Of a stretch of 64,000 bases of DNA, positions 50,843 through 64,000 are shown in pieces. The notes below the pieces were generated by a model. That model did not search any database and was not told the origin of the DNA. It worked only from the letters and a program-made list of their open reading frames with translations. Position 1 is the first letter of the stretch; each line of letters begins with the position of its first letter. The DNA comes from Mytilus edulis (taxonomy: Eukaryota): contig NC_092347.1 in NCBI RefSeq assembly GCF_963676685.1, positions 99,014,001-99,078,000 of the forward strand. Direction: 5' to 3'. The translations under genes were made by a program, and so were the position numbers.

Positions 50843-51780
50843 TCCCGTAAACCACAGAATATTCTGTGCATGTGCCTGTCTAAAACCAGGATCTTGTTAT
50901 TAAATGGTTGTCGTTTGTTATTGTATATCAAATTGATTCTCTTTTATCGTTTTGTATATAAATCATTGTTTTCTCATATGAAATGTTTTACATTTTGTTA
51001 AGTCGGTCCTCCGCTAGCTTGCTATGTGTTATGGTTTTCATGTTTTATTGAAGGCCGAACGGCGACTTGTAGTTTGCTACCATCAGTGTCATATGCTTTT
51101 GGACGATAGTTATCATTGCAATTATACCACATCTCCTAATTTGATATTACTGTTTGAGACTTCTTGGTCGTTTCGCTGTGTAACTAAAGTATTTTTGGAA
51201 ATTTGGCGTAAATTGAAGAGGAATTTACTTGGCAAAAAAAAAATCAAACGTTTTAAATTTTGATTAATATAATTTTTTTGTCGGATTTCCTGCAACTAAA
51301 ATAACTAATCTCTCATTTTTGTTGAACAATTGAAATTAAAAATCCCGTAAACCACAGAATATTCTGCATATGCCTGTCTAAAACCAGGATATTGTTATTA
51401 AATGGTTGTCGTTGGTTAATGTATATCAAATTGATTTTCTTTTATCGTTTTGTATATAAATCATGGTTTTCTCATATGAATTGTTTTACATTTCGTTACG
51501 TTGGTCCTTCGCTAGCTTGCTATGTGCTCTGGTTTTCACGTTTTATTGAACGGCGACTTGTAGTTTGTGTCATTTGCATTGGATAGATAGTTGTATCATT
51601 TGCAATAATACCACATCTCCAAATTTCATATTACTATTTGAGACTTCTTGGTCGTTTCGCTGTGTAACTAAAGTATTTTCAAATTTTGATACATAATATC
51701 ATTTTTTTGTCGGATTTCCTGCAACTAAAATGACGAATCTCTGAATTTTGTTCGTATTGTTGAACAATTGAAATGAAAAA
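50843..51780. repeat. Tandem duplication, ~500-bp unit, two copies
   Basis: ATCCCGTAAACCACAGAATATTCTG at ~50843 and ~51342, with collinear downstream sequence. Confidence 0.85.
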
Positions 51781-54413
51781 TCACGCAAAATTTCACAGGT
51801 TTTTTTTTTCAATCTAAACTAAAATTGTTTTAATCAAGTATTAAGGTCCCACTGTGGTAATATGTTCCACTTTATTCAATATATTCGCTACAATGCTTTT
51901 GAAAACGCTACTTCGTCCTTGAAAGAAAACTAAATGCGTCATTACAAAGCTGTTACATCTAAATTATTCCTAGTGATTTTCGTATCTAATAAGCAGAACG
52001 CCAAAACTGTTAAAAATACCATTAAAAAAACCAGATCAACAAGTATATTTCTGTGGAATTTTACATATGTTTGACAACTTTTATTTGCATAAAACATATT
52101 TTCCTTATTTAGCAAATGAATGGATTTTTACATGTTCTTTACCATGTTTACTCTTTGGTCAGCACTTCAAAACTCTTTGGTCATCACTTCAAAACTCTTT
52201 GGTCAGCACTTCAAAACGATTAATTCAATTAGACACAAGTTACTTAAATATCGATCGATTTTACCTTGGAAACTTTTCAATTTTTTTTAATTCGTTTTTT
52301 TAAGATAGAACTTCTCTCAGATTAAATATGCAGGTAGTTAAATGTCCAAAATGTTAAAACGTAATCACCGTTTATGAATGATGAGAGACAATAATTTGCT
52401 TGAAGTTTGTTTGTGTGTTTTAACGTCAATTTTGGTCTCATGGCTGTATCGTGGCAACCATTTGTATTGGCGAAGGAAGCCTCAGTAACCAAGAAAACCA
52501 CCAATCTTTACCAGAAAGACGAGAAATCATAGTTAAAATTAAGATCGGAGTCGAACACTTCTAGCCACTAGAGTGTTTTAAAGTATTGTGATAATCGTCT
52601 CTTTTGGTACCGTTCGCGATGGGTAAGCTTGCCTTGTGATAGATTGTTCTGTGCTGGTGATTAAATCCTGATCGGTGATTGTTGTCATTATAAATATGTA
52701 AACAAAGATGAAAATGATGATGTGTGACGTTTTCCTTAATAACAGATGAATAGATGTTTAATTTTGTTATTTATTAGTTTAAATGCGAGCAACTGAAGAT
52801 AAAAAAAGCCCTCTATTTTGCCATTTACGTACCACAAAAGTGCACATTTCAGAAACATCTGGTACGAAAATAAGAGGCTTTGAAGAGCCGGTGTCGCATG
52901 TTTATATATATATATTTATCTTAATTTCTCAATAAACCATTTACATTGGAATGGTACAGAGAACACATGATATTAATAACAAATCAAAATATATGTCTAG
53001 GTCTTTAAGCATCTTCAACAATGGGAACTCTATAACATTGTGCAACTATAATAGAATCCATAACAAGAATTTCTTGTTTGTTTATCTTGTATTGCTTATC
53101 ATTTATATTGTTTACAATTTCTCCCTATCTTCTTTAGTTTTGCAACAAAGTGTTTAAATAAATCTTCATGTCAGAACAACCACTCCAATAAGGAGACGAC
53201 TGACGATGTCGGCAATGTTGACCTATTTGTAGATGTTTAATATCTTGCTGATCATTTTTTTGTAATTTGACGTGTTTTTTTTATCTCGTATAAATGTTAT
53301 AGTTTTCAAGATAATAGACAAAACTACGAAAAATGGTTAAAAATCGTCCTTAAAGAGCAATACCTCCAATAAGGAATCGATTGAAGACTTTGACTTTAGA
53401 TCTTGTATTGCTGATAATTTGAGCTTGTTCCAGTTTCCGTCTATTTTTTATAATTTTTGAAATAAAGGTAAATACACAAACACAAATAGTAAAATCGTCA
53501 TTAAAGGGCATTATCTCCAATAAGGTGTCGCCCGATAACTGCCATGTTGACTAATTTGTAGATATATATTTATTAAAGGTATTGGTCACATGACGTAGTA
53601 ACGGTCAAGTGATTGTTTACTATAAACACGTGTTTTTGGGTACATCAAGCACATGGTGTGTGTTTATGTTCAATTTGATTGGATGGCATATACCCGCAAT
53701 GACGGTTTAACGGGTATATGCGCTCATGAGATTCGTGAAAAGCATGATTAAGTATTACTTAAGGGGTTCTTTTGAGAAAATAAAGTTATTCGAAGTTTGC
53801 CTATAGTTAACGTAGCAGCAGTTCGTTATTATATTGACCCATCCACCCACTCCTGTTATGAGTTGGTTTTTGTTAATGTGGGTATGTCCAAATATTACAT
53901 TATATTTAAATGAATTTTTTTTCTTTTTGATAGATTTTGATTATGTTACTGTATATTCTATTATATGATTGGAATGGCAGTGTGCTTACCTGAATTTATA
54001 GTGAAGGACTTTAGTTTGAAGATATCAAAGGCTGCTACACCTGTAGTCACACTTAATCTATCTATGTGTTTTTTAATTTATTAAATAATTTATATTCGTT
54101 TGAGCTGGAGAATGAGAATATAAGTTTTCTTACTGATCATTTTTGCTCTATGTCAAGTTTCTCTCTATATATTATAGTTTTTAAGAAATTATTCAAAAAA
54201 GAAACATGAGTAAAATTTATCTCAGTACTTTTGTCCTTTTGAACAATTTCAAATACACCCTGCCCATAACAATACTTTAATAAACAGGAATATATGATAT
54301 GATCGCATAAACCAACGGTCCGAGATTTGAATAATTCTCGAACACTTTACAAAATCTGCACAAACAATACTTACTAGTAAAGGTAGTACATTATACAAGT
54401 ACACTGTACCTAT

Positions 54414-54740
54414 AAAAGAGGGGCAAAAGATACCAGAGGAAAAGTCAAACTCATAGATCGAAAATAAACTGACAACGCCATGGCTAAAAATGAAAAAGAC
54501 AAACAGACAAATAATAGTATACAAGACACAACATAGAAAACTAAAGACTAAGCAACACAAACCACACCAAACACTGGGGTGATTCTCTGGTGCTCCAGAA
54601 GGGTAAGCAGATCCTGCTCTACATGTGGCACCCGTCGTGTTGCTCATGTTATTACAAACCCGGGAAATAGTCTAAGTCGGTAGTTCACATTCATGAAAAG
54701 GGAACGGGATTGTAGTTATGACGTAAGGAACATATCCATA
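54414..54740 (-). repeat. Dispersed repeat related to the Penelope-like 3' UTR; partial copies at ~10648-10808 and 46010-46085
   Basis: Shares GGTGCTCC(A/G)GAAGGGTAAGCA..CCGTCGTGT with 63427-63478, which lies directly 3' of a Penelope-like RT. Confidence 0.7.
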
Positions 54741-55949
54741 TCGGTAAAAAAAACTATATATGAAGTACTGTAAAATGTCATTGAATGAATTTGAATTACA
54801 TGTACACAGTAGATTTTTTTCATGTTCTGTAACATATTTGTGAATAATAATGATGATTATTGATTTTCCTTGTCAGAAAAATTTGTTGAAAAAGTACAAT
54901 GTCTCTAGTGTTAATTTGAATTATGTATATATTGTAGTATACAAATTAACAATTAACTTTTATAAATGTTGGTATTTGAATGTTTTTTCAATGCGTGTAC
55001 TCAAGATGACGACTTATTAACCTTGTCAAGAAGGATTGTGTTGACTTGACTTCAGCTTAATATAGCTAACACTGACTGGTTAATCGTGTCTGCGTCTTGT
55101 TTGTTTTTTCCTTACACGCGGAGAATAATATCTACAATTCCACATGCCCAACACAATTTGGCATGCATTTCAGTTTTTTCTTAGATCTATTTATTGATTT
55201 ATTAAAAAAATACTATAGTGTTTTAAAACGTCTGAATATTGAAACTTGTTTTACACCCGACTCTTACCCATCTTCACGAAGTGCTCGTTGTAGTTTAAAT
55301 TGATGTGTTAGATTCTGCATATTATACCCTGCTATAGAATAGGACTTTTTATAGACAGGGGTAAGTTTCTTTTCATTTAAATTGTCCACAAATATCCACC
55401 ATAATATTTCAATGATACATAATGCATTTTGATTCTATACGAACTTCACAAAAATAGTTTTTAACAAGTAAATACTATTTAATATGTCTTCAGATATTCG
55501 ATATGGACGGTGTATTCATATTTTTCCACACCGTGCCTGTTATCAGTTGGTGGTAACACCGTGTATTGATTATGAGCAAATGCATACAATACATGTATGT
55601 AGCAGCTCAATGATACTTTATGCATTTTGATTCTTTAATTAAAGCTAGAAACTAAAACTCAATGACATATGAACAAGGAAAAATAATTGAAATTCAGATT
55701 TGTTTAAAACGATCATAGCATGCATACTTGTTTTATACCAAGAGACCCTTAACAACGGCTACAACAACAAGTGAGTGTTGCTGACACTAATAAATTCCTT
55801 TAAAAAGGCGTTTAATCCTTATAATTCTTAAAAATTGAAAAATATACACTCGTAACCTCTATCACACGTAAATTGTATATTTGTGTTATCGAATTGGCCT
55901 GGTGCATGAATATATGTGTTGGTTAACGCAAAAATATGAACTCCGTGAA

Positions 55950-56529
55950 AGGAGTAGGTCCAGTAAGACCCTTTTTTGGCCCCAAAATATAGCAGTTTTA
56001 CAAAATTGTTAAAATGTAAACTTTTAGTTATTTATTGAACAGTAGAATGCTTCTGCTACATATATATGGGCTGTTTTTGACAATAGAATGCACATATATC
56101 GGGTACTAGCACCATTAAGTCATGCTAAATTTCTGAAATTTTCACAATTCTAGCATTTTAGTTAAATTCTAGACGGTTTTCGTGTAAAACGGAAGTGGCC
56201 GAATTCGTGTTCATCCTTAATATTGAAATGCAAGTTGTATTTTATGATAATACATAACATATATAAAGATTGAGGATGAACACGGATGCGGACACTTTCA
56301 TTTTTGACAAAAACCATCTGAAAAGTGACATTTTTCGGCATATTTGGTAGAATTTTCATATTTGAGCTTGAATCGGATCGTTTTTAAGGACTTAATCAGA
56401 TAAAATCTTTCACATTAACTAATTGAATCAAATGAAATAGACACTTAAGTGTTTAAAAAGTGGTCAAAATCTTTTGTCAGATGAACCTGAAATTTGAGGC
56501 CAAAATCGGTCCTTACCGGACCTACTCCT
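55950..56529. mobile_element. MITE with ~40-bp TIRs (Kolobok-like)
   Basis: AGGAGTAGGTCCAGTAAG ... CTTACCGGACCTACTCCT, with flanks TGAA / TTGA (degenerate TTAA). Confidence 0.75.
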
Positions 56530-56697
56530 TTGATATCTGATAAAAAATAAACTACAAAAATAATTGAGATTATAAAAATTTTATATTTTCAATAATCTGC
56601 TTTAATTCAATCAAATATTCGTGTGGGTGCGTGGGTGTTGCAGCCTGTAGCTCAATGCCATATTTGGCATGACCATAGCGGCGCTCGCAGCATGAAT

Positions 56698-56782
56698 CAG
56701 AATTTTGAAATTCCCGTATCAGCTTGAATAGAATTTTGGAATTCCCGTATCAGCTTGAATAGAATTTTGGAATTCCCGTATC
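56698..56782. repeat. 31-bp tandem repeat (~2.7 copies) upstream of the DIRS gag
   Basis: AGAATTTTGGAATTCCCGTATCAGCTTGAAT repeated. Confidence 0.85.
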
Positions 56783-56849
56783 GGGCACTTGTTAATTTGC
56801 TGTCGACAAGAAAGCAGGTGTTACGCAAATTAGTTATCCGAACCCGCCC

Positions 56850-58770
56850 AACCTCCCTATGAGAATAGTTGCTGCTGTTTTTGTTTTATATTTTCAGGCA
56901 CGGGTTTGCTGTATTTGATTTCAATATTACGGTTACCAGTATAAAAGTCGGACCTTCATAGTATTGGACCCAAAAGAAAGACGGAGCTGGCCGGAGAAGA
57001 CCTGCCAAGAAAACAAAAAAGGTCGGACATGTGGTGGCAGAAGTACCTGGGGAAACTACTGATATCTCATCAGGTAATGAGTCGGAGGAGGATGCACGGG
57101 CATTAAGGTACAAAATTGCAAATAATTCCATTGATTTCACTCCGTCACAAGAATCTAGCGTTCATGACACAATGGGGGAACACGTGTCTTTTAAAATTAA
57201 AGAAAAGATTTGGGAGGGAAAGTTTGAAGAACTTCATTCTCTTTTGAGAACGCAAAAAGAAATGGAAGAGGTTGACGAGGGCGATTTGAAATTAAAAAGG
57301 GGGAAAATTTGCATCGAAAAAAGATCGTCGGGGGTTTATTTGTCATTAAATGAATCGACTTCAGCATTCATGATTTTTATGAGCGTATACATTAAGAAAT
57401 ACAGTACACGGGCACAGGAATTGTTAAAATATATGCGCGATATAAGATTAGTGGAAACAAGGTCAGAAAACTGGGCCATCTGTGACGAGCAATTTAGGCT
57501 AAAAATAGAAAAGAATCCAAATTTATCTTGGGGAAATATACACGGTGAATATTGGCTATTACACATCACATCTCCCACCGTACATAACAGTGGGTCAGTG
57601 CAATCACAGGGTTATAGAACAAATACACAAAATCGTGGTAATTATAACTCAAATGCAGCTACACTTTCAAACAATAGAAAACATCAACAATCATAGGTAA
57701 CTATTGGAAGTGTAAATATGTCATGTAAATACTATAATAATGGTAATGACTGTCCCTACTTCCCTCGTTGTAGGTTTAAACACATTTGTGAAATATGCAG
57801 TGGCAAACACAGAAAGGCCCAATGTAATAACCGGGCCCAAGGAAGAAGTAACAAAAAGTATTAATTTTTATTCATTAGGAAATACTCCTATAAAAATGTA
57901 TCAGTCTTGGAAAATTATTTAGAATTCTACCCACTTAACAATGTAGCACATGAAATTATATCTGGTTTCAAATACGGTTTTTCACTAAAATATTTTGGCT
58001 TTAGGGAACCAAGGGAGAGTTTCAATTTAAAAAAAGTGCATTACAGCTACCCAAAAGTTTTTAAAAACAAATTAATGAAGGAAGTTAAACTTGGTCGCAT
58101 TGCTGGTCCTTTCAGATACCCACCTTTTCCCACACTTCAGGTATCATCAATGGGGCTAGTGCCAAAAAGGATGGGGATGTCAGACTGATTCAACATTTAT
58201 CCTATCCTGAGAATAATTCAATAAACGATTTTATTGATAAAGATCATTGTTCAGTGCAGTACAGTTCAGTGGACGAAGCATCATGTTTGATTAATAGACA
58301 CAAAACATTTGCACGATTGAGCCAGTGTGACGTAAAAGCGGCTTTTCGTTTGTTGCCAACTGCCCCGGACGATTTTGACTTGTTGGGGATAAAATTTCAG
58401 GGTGAATATTATCTTAATAAAATGCTCCCTATGGGGGCCTCAATAAGTTGTGCCCTGTGGGAGAAATTTGCAAAAGCTTTGCATTGGATAATACAGCTAA
58501 ATAGCGGAAATGATGATATCCTCCATTATTGAGATGATTTTCTTTTTGTCGAGTCGAGCTAAACATCAAAAGTTGGCAATACTTTGAAGTTATTCCAAGA
58601 AGTATGCAACAAAATAGGCATTCCTCTTGCTAGTGACAAGACTACTTTGCCGACTACATTACTTATGTTTTGGGGTATAGAATTTGATACACAGAATTTA
58701 ATCATGCGACTTCCAAATGAAAAACTTGTCAAACTCTCACAAAAAATCAGAGATACCTTGGACAGATTTA
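56850..58770 (+). mobile_element. Decayed DIRS-order (tyrosine recombinase; DIRS/Ngaro-like) retrotransposon: gag and RT
   Basis: gag-like ORF 57031-57696 continues past a TAG into a Cys/His finger CKYYNNGNDC..CRFKHICEICSGKHRKAQC. Pol fragments EVKLGRIAGPF, DVKAAFRLLP, LPMGASISC, Y*DDFLF (TGA at 58530) and GIPLASDKT. Truncated by another repeat at ~58770. Confidence 0.85.
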
Positions 58771-60433
58771 ACATTGCCATAAAGGTGAGAGGTATGGCTA
58801 GCCACAAAACCAGGTTTAACCCATCATTTATTTCTTAAAATGTCCTGTACCAAGTCTGATAAATTGCAGTTGTTATCTTATAGTTCGTTTATGTGTGTGT
58901 TTCATTGTCGTTTGGTTTTTTGTCTCACTTTAGTGTTTCTGTTGCTTCGTTGTTTTCGTCTTATCATGCTCATCGTTGATGTGTTTCCCGTGGTTTTGGT
59001 TTGTAACCCAGATTTGTTTTCTCTCAATCGATTTATGACTTTCGAACAGCGGTATACTTCTGTTGCCTTTTATTTAACATCATAGTACCTCAAAAGACAA
59101 CAGTAAGGTTGCAGCATAAGCATACGTGATTAATGCTTTAAAAAAAAGCTTTCATAGTTATACATGTAGCATGGCTAGCAATGATCATAAATTTAAACCT
59201 TTGGCATATACAAGTTACTTATTTTCTATTCGTCACATTCAAGAAATTATGAGGAAAGAGTTACAAAAAGTATACCAAAGGTATATATTTGACCATAAAC
59301 TATCTCATCATATAATACAAATGTAATCATTAAGCATATAATTACGATTGCATACGTTTTTTATATAAATATCTGGATAGAATCTAATATAAAACATAAA
59401 CTATAGCATATTTTACTGCACCAGCCATTTTGGAAATTAAATGTGGTTTATTGACTGAGTGTTACAATTTCGTTTAAACTCTTGAATTCAAAAAGATTGG
59501 AAAAGTTAGGATAGATAATAAATAGAAGATCATCATGATATATCTGAAAGTATAATTAAATGATCTGATTGTTGTATACTTTTGTTTTCGAAATGTGACT
59601 GAAAGAACTCCGACTCAGTTTGAAATGTTTAGTATGGAGAAGTCGGCAACGGGATGCGCACAGTTTGTTTATTCATTCGTTTGTTGTGTTGAGCATGTGA
59701 TTTTGCCGTTTGATAAGGGACTTTCTTTTTTAAATTTTCCTCTGAGTTAAGTATTTTTGTGATTTTACTTTTTCTCATATGAATGTTGACAATTTGTTGT
59801 AAATTCGACCTCCAAATTAAACTTATAAGTTGCTATACGAAAGTCCAGCAAAAAATCACCACTTGTTCCTCGATGTAGCATGTTTTACCTTTTTGTTCAG
59901 TATTAACCAGATATGCAGAATGGTATCCAAAAGTAATAAAGTCATTTGTTCTTGTGTTTGTTTGTTACATATTTGTCTGGTTTTTTTTAAAGTGATAAAG
60001 ATCATAACAGAACGTTGACCTATGTACCCTTTTTTTTTACATTTTTACCTGTTATATCTGTTTGTTTTGTTCAAATATCGTATTCAAAATGATGGAAATT
60101 TATGCGATTATCGTATAAGTAAGAGGATTATTTTCAAAAAGCATAGGAAAACCTTCATATATGACTAGGTTTAAGAAAATGTTATCCAAGGATATCTTAG
60201 CTGATGATCCACCTTACGTGTCTATGCTTGTTCTTTTTGTAAGAATATGTATAACCACGATCAAACGTTCATATTAATATCCTGTTATAAAATGTCAAAT
60301 GCATTTTCAGCATTATGAAAAAATTAGCTAATGCATATCATATTAACAGTTTTATTTAAAAAAGTAAAAAATCTACGGATGATTGTTGTCAAGTCATGAT
60401 ATTGTAATGTACTCCTTGTGTCTTCGTATTTTC

Positions 60434-62108
60434 TTAATATCCTGTAAAATAAAAGAAATTCAAGTTAAAATTATTTGTTTTTCTCATAATGTACAGATGA
60501 AATAAATACATCAACTGAATATTTTCTATATGATCTGCAGTTATTTCAAATCTTCATTATTTGTGTATGAACTAGAAGACACTACGTAGAAAAAATTCAG
60601 TTACTTTTTGTTCTTCTAAAATTTTTAAATTACTAAATTTTAAATCGAGACTTTATAGCCCTATATTAACACAACCTAATTTTATATTGACCAGTACGAT
60701 AAACTAGTGTTATCATATTATTCGCTTTTCCTATTTTTTATTTGTAATTTGAAATAAATTGAATTAAAGTGTATTGTATTTGTAAAATATTTGTACCAAG
60801 TTAAGAAGAGGTAAAGGATACCATAAGGACGTTCAATCTTTTACATTGAAACAGTACTTAATATACAAAATAGCAAACTTAACACTTGGTTATACCATTA
60901 AAAACTTAGGTAAATGTCAGATGCCAAGGAGCAGTTAGGCAGATATTGCTCCATGGGAATATCCCAGTTGGTTTCTTTTTTCACTCAATCTAATGTAAGG
61001 TCACTTTTGTTGGCGTCATGTACTTGCCCTTTTTGAATTTACCTTGAATGTTTTGTAAATTGCTATATTTTTTGTATTTCATAATATTTTAGTGGGGTAA
61101 GTTATATTCAAACTATTGAAATTTATATCGACCTTTAACTTGTTATAAGTTAATAATGTAGCAAAAGTTAAAATGTGTTAGTTTAAAAGTATCAGAATGG
61201 CAAAGTTCCTTTCTTATATCTATATAGTCAGTGTTAGATCGAAATCAAATAAAAGACATTTGCACCAATATTTCCCATTTTAAGAGATCATAGATGTGGA
61301 TAACATTTCATAGCTATAGGATTAGAATTGAAGCTTACCATTCCATCTTGTATTAGATCTCCACCCTGAATAAGATCTCCTTCCTGAATTAATTCCCCAT
61401 GTGTTCAAACGTCCTAATCCACTGTCAAAATGACTGCTTCTGTATGAATCAACCGATGCTCGTCTGTATCCTATAAAATTAATAACTGTTATTATATTTG
61501 GTCTATTATCATTCAATACCTTCGTGAAAAATGTTACAGTAGGAAGCTTAAAGCTTTAAAAACACACGTTAAAACAAACAGTGTCTTTAAATCTTATTGG
61601 CTAGGAATATGTTCATGTCATATCTTTACATATACAATGTTTAGGAAAACAAATACGACTTACATTATATATATAGAAGTGAAAACACGTTGATTGATTG
61701 ATGGATTATTAATTGACTAACGTTCAGTGGCTACTCTTTCTGGAGGAGATATTTAAACGAATGTATATTACACAATGACATACATCATTTAAAAAATAGT
61801 AGCAAATTTTGAACTATGAATGACCAACTTTAACAGAATTAAAATGTTCAAATAAAAATAAGCGTTAATTATGTTTAAAAGATTTTACTTCTGTGTTCGC
61901 CAATCAATCCACCTCCTAAATGTCCGCTATTCCAGCTTCCTGTCAAATCACCACTATTCCATCGATTAGTTAGACGTCCACTATTCCAACCATTATTCAG
62001 ACCGTCCCATGATCCTTGATTGTAACTATCATAACTGCGGCGAGCACTGGCTAAAGAAACTAACACAGCAACATGAGCAAGCCCGATAACAATTGCAAAT
62101 GTGTTCAT
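60434..62108 (-). CDS. Secreted Gly/Trp/Asn/Arg-rich prepropeptide, copy D (119 aa), C-type
   Basis: Coding exons 62108-61889, 61470-61339 and 60441-60434, 360 nt in total. Exon 1 donor GTGAGT after 62624; TATA at 62710-62704. Protein: MNTFAIVIGLAHVAVLVSLASA-RRSYDSYNQGSWDGLNNGWNSGRLTNRWNSGDLTGSWNSGHLGGGLIGEH-RRYRR-ASVDSYRSSHFDSGLGRLNTWGINSGRRSYSGWRSNTRWNGY*. Confidence 0.88.
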
Positions 62109-62703
62109 GGTTTCTGTAAAACAAAAAGATACATCAGCGTTATTATACCAAATTAACAATGATAAAGAAATCTTGTGTGTTTTGACGTTATTTTTATGTG
62201 ATCCTTATAGATATGAAGCGTTTACTTTGCTATCAATCTATTTCAAAAGAAATTGATACATCTGCTTTAATATCTTAATCTTTTAAACGCGTTTTGATAA
62301 ATTGATTCATAAATCAAGTAGAAGATATATGCTTAGTACGAAATGTTTCATGAACGTTTTCCAATTGCAAATATTTGACAAGAGTTATTCTTATTGGCTT
62401 TGTTACCTCTTATTGTGAGGAATGCATATAAACTGAATATTTTTATTTTAACATTAATTAAGAATAAAGTTTTTCTTCGCCAGCATTCTTGAACATCTTC
62501 GAGATGTATTTGGAATACAACAGAAAGTTTTCTTTGGATCAAATACAATATAAAATCATATTAAAGAGCTTAATTCATATAACTTGTAGATAAATATATA
62601 AGAAAAAGCAATGAACAACTCACATGTTTTTTTCTTTTAGAGTATGATGTACTGTAATGGATTGTAAGACACAAATGGATAGAGAACTGAGATAACATTC
62701 TTC

Positions 62704-62834
62704 TTTTATACTATTTTGATACAAGGAAATAAATATTGGGGAATAATAAAACTCAAAATAAATCAACTGAACTACGTAGATTTTTTATTATACCATTACA
62801 GGTTGTGAAGGTTATGACCAACATGTCAATGTCA
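62704..62834 (-). promoter_or_regulatory. Proximal promoter of copy D
   Basis: TATA at 62704-62710, CTACGTAG at 62772-62779 and TGTCAATGTCA at 62824-62834. Confidence 0.7.
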
Positions 62835-63299
62835 CTCGCATAAGTAATTTTATGATCACATCTATCATTTACAAATAAAAGGTTCATTATTACGCATTCA
62901 CTTTACTAATTATACATCATAAAAACTGCCATAAATAATTTGTAGATTGTGGCATTAACTTTAAGTAAATAAAGACTATTATAAAAGAAAAAAGTTTCAC
63001 TGAACATCAAGTTTAAAAAAATTAATGTTTGAACATAAAGATTTTCTGTGTTTTTTTAATATTTTTTGTTTTATATTAATTACGAGGGTAGACCTACTAT
63101 ATGGGAGACAACTCTTACCCATGTATTTAAAGTCATTTGTATGTTTAACCATAGCAATAATTTCAAAAGTGATCAAGCAATTATGTTGTCTACATTTGAC
63201 TGTGAGAATGATGCAAACTTGTACATGTTACACACCAACAAGTATTACATTAAGGAACTTCTTATTTTTAAGGATTAATAAGCAAGATATGAAAGTGAA

Positions 63300-64000
63300 G
63301 ATGACAATAACAATCAGAACCAAGGAGTAGACAAAGACTCATAAAACCAAAATACATTTACATCAACAGTTACAAATAATGAATAAGAAACCACAAGAAC
63401 TCTACTAAAAACCGGGAGTGAACTCAGGTGCTCCGGAAGGGTAAGCATTTCCTGCAACGTATACGGCAACCGTCGTGTAATTTCTTTGTTCAGGTCGGTA
63501 ATGATGGAAGGTTATTATGACTGAGGAAGAATATCAGATATGATTTCTGACACACTTGTGTCATGATGGCCAATCAGCTCATGATTGCGACCGTAACATT
63601 TTTGAGTGATGACCTTAATTTAATTGATTCATAGCCCTGTCTTAGCAACTTTTGAGGAAGCAGTATTCCTTGTTAAACAAAAGCAACGTACTTTGCGCTA
63701 GATCTAGAGTAACGTATAAATTGAGACAAATATACTCCATATGCTGGGGCCGCTAGGATATTGCTACACAGAAATGGAAAGTTGACTATAGAAAAATTAA
63801 AGTCATCGCGTTTTTATAAAGTTTGGTATTTAACCTACCAAGTAATCATTTCGAGAAAAAGGTCTGAATATGAAGCAGATTTATCTGTGTCGGTAGTATT
63901 TTTGATTTCAAGTTCACTTGGATATATTAAATGTAAGTGATCATTGAATCAATTATTATTCAGAGACAGTACATCATCAATATGCCGAAAGGTGAAATTA
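63300..64000 (-). mobile_element. Decayed Penelope-like RT C-terminus and 3' UTR (runs off the window)
   Basis: NFTFRHIDDVLSLNNN*..IYPSELEIKNTTDT..KRDDFNFSIVNFPFL..AYGVYLSQFIRY. Confidence 0.85.

Noticed and set aside
54249-54647. 132-aa hydrophobic ORF (similarly 12867-13178, 26721-27089, 49996-50274, 63025-63330)
   Set aside because: These lie in dispersed repeats or AT-rich low-complexity DNA and are chance ORFs.
57694-57696. Programmed stop-codon readthrough in the DIRS gag
   Set aside because: The element has many other disabling mutations, so a simple nonsense mutation is more parsimonious.

Overview
AT-rich eukaryotic genomic DNA with spliceosomal introns. The repeat content and C1q gene point to a bivalve mollusc, probably a Mytilus mussel (inference). 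The main feature is a cluster of an unrecognised secreted-peptide gene family with four intact 4-exon copies: A (CDS 1670-3302, -), B (11134-13633, -), C (20507-22122, +) and D (60434-62108, -). There is also a deleted remnant (E, ~27.8-30 kb) and flank-only traces of further lost copies. Each gene encodes a ~120-aa Cys-free Gly/Ser/Asn/Arg/Trp-rich precursor: signal peptide, GWN-repeat peptide, furin-type R-x-[KR]-R site at the exon 2/3 junction, GWRS-type peptide, and an invariant C-terminal Gly-Tyr encoded by a separate exon. The copies share proximal promoter motifs, and a palindromic distal element recurs three times. The window also holds a secreted TSP1-C1q gene with a decayed second TSP1 exon, hammerhead-ribozyme repeats (non-LTR retrozyme type) linked to Penelope-like RT remnants, a CR1-type LINE fragment, a DIRS-order retrotransposon remnant, and several MITEs and SINEs. 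All exon structures were read by hand from the sequence and have no transcript support.
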